Translations under genes and position numbers: made by a program
Shown: one piece after another, positions 57,249 to 64,000 of the stretch
How positions within the stretch are numbered: position 1 is the first letter of the stretch
How the letters are laid out: the number at the start of each line of letters is the position of its first letter
Notes under the pieces: model-generated
What the model saw: the letters and a program-made list of their open reading frames with translations, nothing else
What the model was told of the DNA's origin: nothing
Database searches by the model: none
Virus record (IMG/VR): IMGVR_UViG_3300050821_001858
Coordinates: 32,001 to 96,000 of that record
DNA: 64,000 nt
Direction: 5' to 3' (one strand)
Source of the DNA: a virus

Positions 57249-58106
57249 ATGGCTAAAAAAAAGAATAAGGGAACAGAATATGAAATCAATTTTGTTGAAA
57301 TTTTAACGAAAGCAGGTTTAGCCTCGCCGGGGCATACTACGGGAGGAAATGGTACCGACGCTTATATTTGTGATTTCTTGGTTGAACTTAAGAAGAGTAA
57401 GAAAGCTCATTATCTTCAAAAGACTTTACATTGGATTAATGGTAAAGGTTGGCAATTTGCTGAACCTGAAGAGAAAACCTCTCAAGTAGAGTTTATGAAA
57501 TGCTTAGAAACGTTGCCGAGTATTCTTGAATATATCAATGAAAATTGGCCAAAGCCAACAGGGAATTATGAAATTGATGTTGAACGTATTGTGAATTTAG
57601 AGGATATTCAAAAGCACGCAAAGATTACTAATGATCAAATGATGGATATGATTAGGACATTCTATTATGATAAGAGAAATACTTATCTTCATGTGGGGAG
57701 CGGTTTTGGTCTGTACCATTTTAACGATGATCATGGACATTTTCTTACACCTAGATTTGGTGGTGGCGCTGCTAAAATGAGAGCGCGTCTTAAGAAAACA
57801 AAGACACCGAAAGAGGAAGGAAAAAAAATACAGTACCACTTTCAGTTGCAGTTGGAGTTAACTTCGCTTCCAAAATCACCTATTGACTTGAACGATCCGG
57901 TTATGCTACAATCCTTCATCGATAGACACCGGGACGGCTTTATCTCGGGAAAATGGAAGATAGAACATTGGGATCGTCTTAAGCCTCTTCTTAGACTTGG
58001 CTTTATTACATCGTTACCTCCTAAACCGATAAGGAAAGACAATGAACAAGTTTCAGGCGGCTTTCGAAGCGAAGCGGGCTCGTTTAGTCACAGCCTTGCG
58101 CTCTAA
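57249..58106 (+). CDS. Putative PD-(D/E)XK nuclease
   Basis: KGTEYE...TDAY..LVELKK. Confidence 0.5.
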   Translation: MAKKKNKGTEYEINFVEILTKAGLASPGHTTGGNGTDAYICDFLVELKKSKKAHYLQKTLHWINGKGWQFAEPEEKTSQVEFMKCLETLPSILEYINENWPKPTGNYEIDVERIVNLEDIQKHAKITNDQMMDMIRTFYYDKRNTYLHVGSGFGLYHFNDDHGHFLTPRFGGGAAKMRARLKKTKTPKEEGKKIQYHFQLQLELTSLPKSPIDLNDPVMLQSFIDRHRDGFISGKWKIEHWDRLKPLLRLGFITSLPPKPIRKDNEQVSGGFRSEAGSFSHSLAL

Positions 58107-58657
58107 GGAAACTGGCGTCATTTTGACGCTGCCGCGCCCAAAGCGTCATTATGATGTGTTTGTGTCAAACAACATCCCCCTTGAGGAAAGAACCAAGTAT
58201 GATTGTGGGTTTTTCGATCCGCAGGAAAATGATTTCCTCAAGCAGGGTCGGGGTGATGGGGAGTATCCTCTTGATTCCGTTAGGGTGTTTGTGGTATGAT
58301 TGAACAAAATTTTTTCGTCAAAAGACTTGGACGTATTCATGAGAAAACGACTAAAAAGCTTAAAATTTTTGTAGATTTTAAGCTTTATCCTTTTCATCCT
58401 TTTGATATGGCTAGAAATATTGATAATGTTAACCTTATGTATAATATTCAACTTCACGATCATGAATGGCAAATATTGTACGAACAGTGGTTTCAGAGGT
58501 AAAATGTTTAATTATGATCGATTCGATGAAGTGAAAAGGGTGTTGTATATTGCAACAAATATGCATTTAGGTAATCCTTATGTATATTATAAAGGTATTG
58601 ATCTATCGATACCTTTATATCGAGGATGGGGAACTATCCTTAGAACAGGATTGACAA

Positions 58658-59008
58658 GTGTTTTGGGAGCGTTTGACGCATAACGAACAAGATCGATACT
58701 GGTCCCTCTCGCAAAGGCTTAAGAGGTATGTGACGGCTTGTCTTCAATTTCCTGGTGTTGAAAAGGCTATGATAGAGTGGTTGAAGGCTGCTCATGAAGA
58801 GCGCGAAGCAATCTGCCGACGTGAAGAGCGTAAGAGTAACCATTTTACTCATAATGTCGCCAATCACGTTCATTATGACCAAGAAACCATCCGAATGCAC
58901 TTGGAGTTGGAATTGAATTTTTGCCGAGATCATATGGTTAATTCAGTGTGTACCGATGCTGAGTTAATTGAGATTGAATTACTGGCATGCAAGGGATGGG
59001 GAATATGA
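58658..59008 (+). CDS. Hypothetical protein
   Basis: 116-aa ORF. Confidence 0.5.
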   Translation: MFWERLTHNEQDRYWSLSQRLKRYVTACLQFPGVEKAMIEWLKAAHEEREAICRREERKSNHFTHNVANHVHYDQETIRMHLELELNFCRDHMVNSVCTDAELIEIELLACKGWGI

Positions 59009-59505
59009 ACCATACTGAAGTTGGGGAGATCAAAGGTAAGATCAACACTAAGGTTTTTAACCGTTATCTTAATATAGCTAAAAATGATGTTGTTGATAAT
59101 TGGTGGGTTATAGCAAACGAACTTTCAAGATTTAACGGTTGTTTTACTATTAGAAATCCTCTTCAAAGAGCTATAGCTGATATGCGATATCTAGATAAAC
59201 TAAATAAACCCCAGAGGTAAAAAACAAAATGATACTTCCTGAATCTTTAGTAGGTTATATTGCATCGGTCTATATTTGTCTAGCATCAGCGACCGTTTGT
59301 GATAATTCAAATGCTCTTTGGACAAATTGGGCTTATATGCGCCCTGATAATGGTATGGTCGAACTTTCGTCCCCTGAGAAATTGAAGCAGATTTGTATCG
59401 ATACAATGAAAAAAAATATTCCGAAGATCAATGCTCCTTATTTTACCATGGACGGGTCGAAAGAGGGCGAGCGATTAAAAATTCGGATTGAATGCGAAAA
59501 AGGTG

Positions 59506-59536
59506 TTGACATCTGACCCAAGATGCAGTATAAATA
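59506..59536 (+). promoter_or_regulatory. Composite sigma70 / T4-late promoter for tmRNA
   Basis: TTGACA-N17-TATAAA; the -10 is also TATAAATA. Confidence 0.7.
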
Positions 59537-59540
59537 AGAC

Positions 59541-59833
59541 ACTGGACGATTAGTTGATGGTTCAACTAAACACGAAACACTCGGGGGCAGTACCCGATAC
59601 CTCCACCAAAAGCACATACCCTACCCAAAGGGTTGTTGACAGGGTTGGAAGGATCAACGCACAGGATGTGCTTTTGATGGGGGTAAAATAGGTTCGACTT
59701 CGTGTGGAATGGAATCGGATAGTCGGTCGGTATATAACTGTCGCATCAAACGACAACTTTGCTCGGGAACTCGCCCTCGCGGCGTAATTCCCTACGGAGT
59801 TCGGTAGCTTCCTTGGCAACAGAAAAGCTACCA
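59541..59833 (+). ncRNA. ssrA: Two-piece (circularly permuted) tmRNA
   Basis: Acceptor piece TCGGG-GGCAGTA-CCCGA-TACCTCC-A-CCA ends 59608; coding piece starts GGGGGTA at 59679 (G3:U70); tag (V)ASNDNFARELALAA-stop 59740-59787. Confidence 0.93.
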
Positions 59834-59870
59834 TTTCACCATGTGTTTAACGAAAATAGGAGTGTATACA

Positions 59871-60377
59871 ATGAGTTTGAATTCGAATGTTCGTAAGTTT
59901 GACCCTGTAAAGGGTATGGCGTTTCAGGGCGACCTCGCCATCGTTCCGGTTCCGGCTTCCGTGAAGCTTAACACCGCCAACGAAATCCAGCCCAAGAACG
60001 GCTACCTTGTTCTTCTTGAGGGTGAGTTGACTGGTCATCACCATGCAATTCCGGTCCTTGAGCGTCCGACCACTCAGGTTGAGCCGAAGACCACCCCGAA
60101 GAAGACCAGCAAGACTGTTGAAAACCTTTTCGACCTTGCTACTCAGGCTCCGTCCACCGCCAAGATGTATCGTGATGCAAACGTCGCATCAGAGATGCAG
60201 CGCCTCGGCATCCTTACCCGTACCGACCTGATTGTCGGTGTGCTTGAGGTTTCCGAAGGTAACGGTGTTATCCTTCGCCATCACGAGCATGATGGTATCC
60301 ACCTTCCGAAGGGCACTTACTACATCGGTCGTCAGGTCGAAAGTGCTTTCAATGAAGAGCGCCGGGTCGCCGACTAA
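59871..60377 (+). CDS. His-rich conserved phage protein
   Basis: QGD, EGELTGHHH, HHEH..I.LP.G.Y...RQ.E. Confidence 0.75.
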   Translation: MSLNSNVRKFDPVKGMAFQGDLAIVPVPASVKLNTANEIQPKNGYLVLLEGELTGHHHAIPVLERPTTQVEPKTTPKKTSKTVENLFDLATQAPSTAKMYRDANVASEMQRLGILTRTDLIVGVLEVSEGNGVILRHHEHDGIHLPKGTYYIGRQVESAFNEERRVAD

Positions 60378-60396
60378 TAATCGGTAACCAGTATCA

Positions 60397-60419
60397 GGGG
60401 GCTTGATTGCCCCCTTTTT
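60397..60419 (+). terminator. Rho-independent terminator
   Basis: GGGGGC/GCCCCC plus T-run. Confidence 0.7.
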
Positions 60420-60452
60420 ATCTCCATGTCCTTCTAACATGAGGTTTATATT

Positions 60453-61577
60453 ATGAGCAATAAGAAATTGATTTCCCTCACCGACGAACACAAGGCACAA
60501 ATCCACCCTTGGCATGAACGGTGGGTAAAGATCGCGATGCGAACCAAGCCTCAGACTGAGGATGAGCGGGAGATCATGCGTGGGGCAGTAAAGGGTTTGT
60601 ATAAGGCTGCAAACTTGGAAATGCCTCGGTATATCATTTTTGGTGATTCTCCGGTTTCGTGCCAGATTACCGCTGGTGGTTCATACTATGCGATGAACAC
60701 CAAAACCTCCCTCAATCTCAATATCCAAACTGATAATCCGATTATCAAGTCGGCGATCAAAACTCTGGAACAAATCATTGGACCGGAGAAGTTGGTCAAG
60801 AATGAAAAGAAGCCTGTCAAGGTTGATGATACCAAGTTGAATTGGGGTCGTCAGATGGTCATCGCTATGCTGCCGCATGGCAAGACCAAGGACGTTGATG
60901 GTCTGTGCGATGAAATCAAGGTCGCACTCAATGCTTACTCCGGTGGTAACATGTGGAGCGCAGGCGTTGACTTCATTTCCTTCTTCAGACACGTCGTTGG
61001 ATTGGATATTGACTATACGGAATGGGATCATTACGAAAAGGCATCAATGTATGGCGGTTTCCGTTATATGTATGCTGACTTCTGTGTTATCTCAGACTTC
61101 CCGAAGCATATCTCCCTGGACAACGGTAACGTTGCTCATAACGATGAAGGTCCCTCGCATGCTTGGCGAGATGGCTTTGAAATCTTTAACTGGCACGGAA
61201 TTTTGATTGCTCCCGAATACCAGTGGGTTATCAAGGAGCCTCAAAAGCTTACTCCGGTTATTATTGCCAACGAGCGCAACGCCGAAATGCGTCGTATCAT
61301 GCTCGAAAAGTTCGGCTTTGAGAAGTATCTTGAAGCTGGTAAGGCAGAAACCATGGCGAAGGATATGGACGGCAATGGCTTTGAGCGATTGCTTTTGTCC
61401 CTCACTGTTGGGGCAGATCGTATCCGGGTGCTTCAGGTGCTCAACGGTTCCCTTGAAGCCGATGGTTCCCGTCGAAAGTTCCATATCGGAGCAATGCCGG
61501 GCACTAACCCCCACGAGTGTGTGGCGGCATCTTACGGTATTAGCCCTTCGAAGTACAAGGAAGAGGTTCGTACTTAA
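60453..61577 (+). CDS. DUF6745-like protein
   Basis: H..EGP..WRDG...WHG...ERNAEMRR.MLE..G, NGS.E.DGS.RKF. Confidence 0.7.
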   Translation: MSNKKLISLTDEHKAQIHPWHERWVKIAMRTKPQTEDEREIMRGAVKGLYKAANLEMPRYIIFGDSPVSCQITAGGSYYAMNTKTSLNLNIQTDNPIIKSAIKTLEQIIGPEKLVKNEKKPVKVDDTKLNWGRQMVIAMLPHGKTKDVDGLCDEIKVALNAYSGGNMWSAGVDFISFFRHVVGLDIDYTEWDHYEKASMYGGFRYMYADFCVISDFPKHISLDNGNVAHNDEGPSHAWRDGFEIFNWHGILIAPEYQWVIKEPQKLTPVIIANERNAEMRRIMLEKFGFEKYLEAGKAETMAKDMDGNGFERLLLSLTVGADRIRVLQVLNGSLEADGSRRKFHIGAMPGTNPHECVAASYGISPSKYKEEVRT

Positions 61578-62011
61578 TAAAAGCCTCGGGCTTACGAATT
61601 AAAAAGGGGGGCTTAATTGCCCCCCTTTGGTTAGGAGCAGGGATATGAACGCTATTATAACCAAAATGAACAATCTTTATCATCGTGCCTACCATATGGT
61701 ATTTCTTAGAACTAACATTGAAGAAAGAAAATATGTAACAGGCGAATTTATGCCCTTACGTGCTCCTTATGTAACTTTGTGTAATATGTGTCAAATTGAG
61801 GCTGACCGTTGTATAGCAAAGGCATTCAAATGAAGCTAATGAATAGATATTATGATTTAGATGAAACGCTACGTCATAAAACTCTTACGGCACAATGTGA
61901 ATTAAAGGATGTATCGGTTCAATCAGGTATAGTTCCATTACGGAGATGGGGAATTGTCTTAAAACAGGATATGCTTTTGGCAATTATAAAGGAAAGTGAC
62001 CGGGCATTCAT

Positions 62012-62239
62012 ATGATTGATATCAAAATAAAGTCTGAAACTTTTACCACCGACGTTGAAAAAATTGTCGCAGGCGGTAGTAAATATTTGGATGCTATTTT
62101 ACGTTGGGCTGATGAAAAGGGGGTGGAAATGGAGTATATCTCATCCCTTATTGATGAGAATCCAGCTATTAGGCTTAAGCTTCAGAGGGAAGCTGAAGAC
62201 CTACACTTCCTAAAGAAGGCTCGAAGGGTCCGAATCTAA
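62012..62239 (+). CDS. 33: Late transcription coactivator (T4 gp33-like)
   Basis: F..DVEKIV...YLDAI...E.E.I..LI...KLQ.EA..LHFLK; synteny with 59 and 32. Confidence 0.85.
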   Translation: MIDIKIKSETFTTDVEKIVAGGSKYLDAILRWADEKGVEMEYISSLIDENPAIRLKLQREAEDLHFLKKARRVRI

Positions 62240-62273
62240 ATATCCTCAGGTAAATCCAAACTTGAGGTAACCA

Positions 62274-62732
62274 GTGAGGATTGTATTTGAGGGAAAGCCA
62301 AAGAAAATCAGTTTAAAGAAATGTCGGCAAGCCCTGCACTTCTTTGCTTCGATATTATTTCCTCGTCGGATCAATACTCGGCTACCTCTGGTTGTAAAGT
62401 TTATACCCGGCTACCTTAAGAAAGAAGATTGTAAAGGAGCTACCGATTGGGTGGAAGCAGATGCCCCCTTGTTTTCTTTCGAATTAGATGATAATCTATC
62501 GTCTCGGGAAACCCTGAAGGTTATCGCTCACGAGTTAGTTCATGTTAAACAGATGCGCCTAGGGGAATTGGTCGAGACTAATCATGCATCGAAGTTCCTT
62601 TATAAGAACAAATCGTTTGATATCGCCAAGATTGATTATTGGGACTTGCCTCATGAGATAGAGGCATATGGTAGAGAAGTAGGTTTATATACTCGTTATC
62701 ATGATATCGTTGTGAAAAAGAGAAAGAAATGA
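62274..62732 (+). CDS. HExxH metallopeptidase-like protein
   Basis: IAHELVHVKQ..YWDLPHEIEAY. Confidence 0.8.
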   Translation: MRIVFEGKPKKISLKKCRQALHFFASILFPRRINTRLPLVVKFIPGYLKKEDCKGATDWVEADAPLFSFELDDNLSSRETLKVIAHELVHVKQMRLGELVETNHASKFLYKNKSFDIAKIDYWDLPHEIEAYGREVGLYTRYHDIVVKKRKK

Positions 62733-63123
62733 ACCCTCTTAGATTTTATAGACGTGATACTGGTAGATGGTACCAGATACAATTATACTTTCAAACTCAT
62801 TTCATGACAGATGGGTGGCTATCCGATGTGGTTTATAATTATGCTGCCAGGGTGTTGACTAAAAGACTTGTTGGACTTGACCCCCCTCGTCATTATACTA
62901 TAGGTATGTTAAAACTAATGAGTGAGAGTATCTACAATGAAACATCCTCTTAACCTTAGAATTTTTACTGAACGTCCTAGTATCGGTCTTGTATATAGAA
63001 GTGCTTATCTTTATCATGAATGGATGACGCAAAGTGTTTATTATGAAGTAAATAATATTCTCCGTAGAAGAGAATGGTTATTCGATATATATGACCAACT
63101 TAGAACGATAAACAGGCATCTTT

Positions 63124-63693
63124 ATGCACGCTGATGAAGCGTTGAATCTTTACATTGCCCTGAAACTTCATTTCTCATCAATGTCATATGACTATGATAG
63201 ATTTGGGGGTGAGATTAAAAATCCAGTGTCGGTTGAATGTCGTCCCGACAAGCTGAATTTTATGAAGCTGGCGAAAAAGAAAGACGTGTTCGGGCGGCTG
63301 GTATCCAACCTGATCGTAAATCCGCGTGCACATATTTCCTCGATAATCGGCAAAGAAGGAGAGGATATCTATTTCGCTTGGAAGCGCCGGCATGAAAGTT
63401 TGAAGTATCATATCAAAGAAGAAATGGAGAAACTGAAGGAAATCTTCCCCGAAGGTTTTAAGGTTGTGCAGCATCAACACCCCGAAGCCTTTAAGATGTA
63501 TATTCGAAAGGATGTGTCTATTGAAGCTTTAGCGATCCTGAACAATTTTACTAATATGTTTCGAGCATGGGATAGAGATTTGAGAGATGATCCAGTGTGG
63601 GTAAACATGCGTATTCCACTTCTGAAATATGGGAAATGGTTACATTATGATCGACAGGAAATGAGTAAGATTGTGAAGGAAGCTTTGTTATGA
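63124..63693 (+). CDS. 59: Helicase loader (T4 gp59-like)
   Basis: YIALKLHF..YDY..GG, D...F.KL, SIE, LKY; synteny. Confidence 0.88.
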   Translation: MHADEALNLYIALKLHFSSMSYDYDRFGGEIKNPVSVECRPDKLNFMKLAKKKDVFGRLVSNLIVNPRAHISSIIGKEGEDIYFAWKRRHESLKYHIKEEMEKLKEIFPEGFKVVQHQHPEAFKMYIRKDVSIEALAILNNFTNMFRAWDRDLRDDPVWVNMRIPLLKYGKWLHYDRQEMSKIVKEALL

Positions 63694-63880
63694 GGGGGAT
63701 AGACAAGAGAGAGTATGAATTTATGCAGGGATGGATGGCTCGTACTCAACGATACTATCCATATATGACCAGTTATGCTTTGTGGGAGGGACCACGGAAC
63801 GGTGATCCTCTGATCGTTTTCCACCCCCACCCGCCGTTGCGCATCCAAACCTACATGGACCAGATTTTCGAAAAAAACCC

Positions 63881-63918
63881 TTGACAGGACAAGGGGTTAG
63901 CTGTATACTCCCTAAATA
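63881..63918 (+). promoter_or_regulatory. Tandem sigma70 and late-type promoters upstream of gene 32
   Basis: TTGACA-N17-TATACT then CTAAATA. Confidence 0.65.
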
Positions 63919-63980
63919 GTGAGGGTTCGGACAAACCGATCCCACTGTATACAACGTAAAAAACGAAAAGGGAGAATACA

Positions 63981-64000
63981 ATGACTTTTGCTAATCTAAA
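63981..64000 (+). CDS. 32: Start of ssDNA-binding protein (T4 gp32-like), truncated
   Basis: GGAG RBS, MTFANLK start, position after gp59. Confidence 0.6.

Noticed and set aside
269-63981. Most minus-strand and nested alternate-frame ORFs in the track
   Set aside because: Shadows of well-supported + strand genes or RNA genes; only 5455-6015 and possibly 20564-20779 have independent support
1-64000. Genome-wide UGA reassignment or an opal/amber suppressor tRNA explaining the release-factor stop
   Set aside because: gp43, uvsX, primase and thyX end properly at TGA, other long genes are uninterrupted, and no TCA/CTA/TTA anticodon tRNA was found in the window

Overview
This is a 64-kb segment of a large T4-like (gp43/uvsX/gp41/gp61/gp33/gp59/gp32) myophage genome, almost entirely + strand. 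The host is probably an alphaproteobacterium, based on the two-piece tmRNA, the A73 tRNA-His without G-1 and a usg gene. The left part holds replication, nucleotide-metabolism, virion and lysis genes. The middle (about 22-40 kb) is an RNA-rich island: about 40 tRNAs covering all 20 amino acids, many structurally atypical (8/4 folds, D-loop-transposed Arg tRNAs, Leu-AAG, Arg-GCG, Ile-TAT). It also holds two tRNA-like RNAs with elongated anticodon arms, a YrlA/Y-RNA-like permuted tRNA mimic, a ~1.2-kb GOLLD-like ornate RNA carrying embedded tRNA modules, an RNase P RNA, spacer pseudoknots, and a class I release factor interrupted by an in-frame UGA. The right part has Met aminopeptidase, a complete NDP-heptose pathway plus glycosyltransferase, an MT-A70 methylase and a permuted tmRNA. 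About 25-30 short aromatic-rich ORFs with a shared C-terminal pattern are wedged between genes throughout. All calls are by eye from motifs and base pairing; no searches were run.
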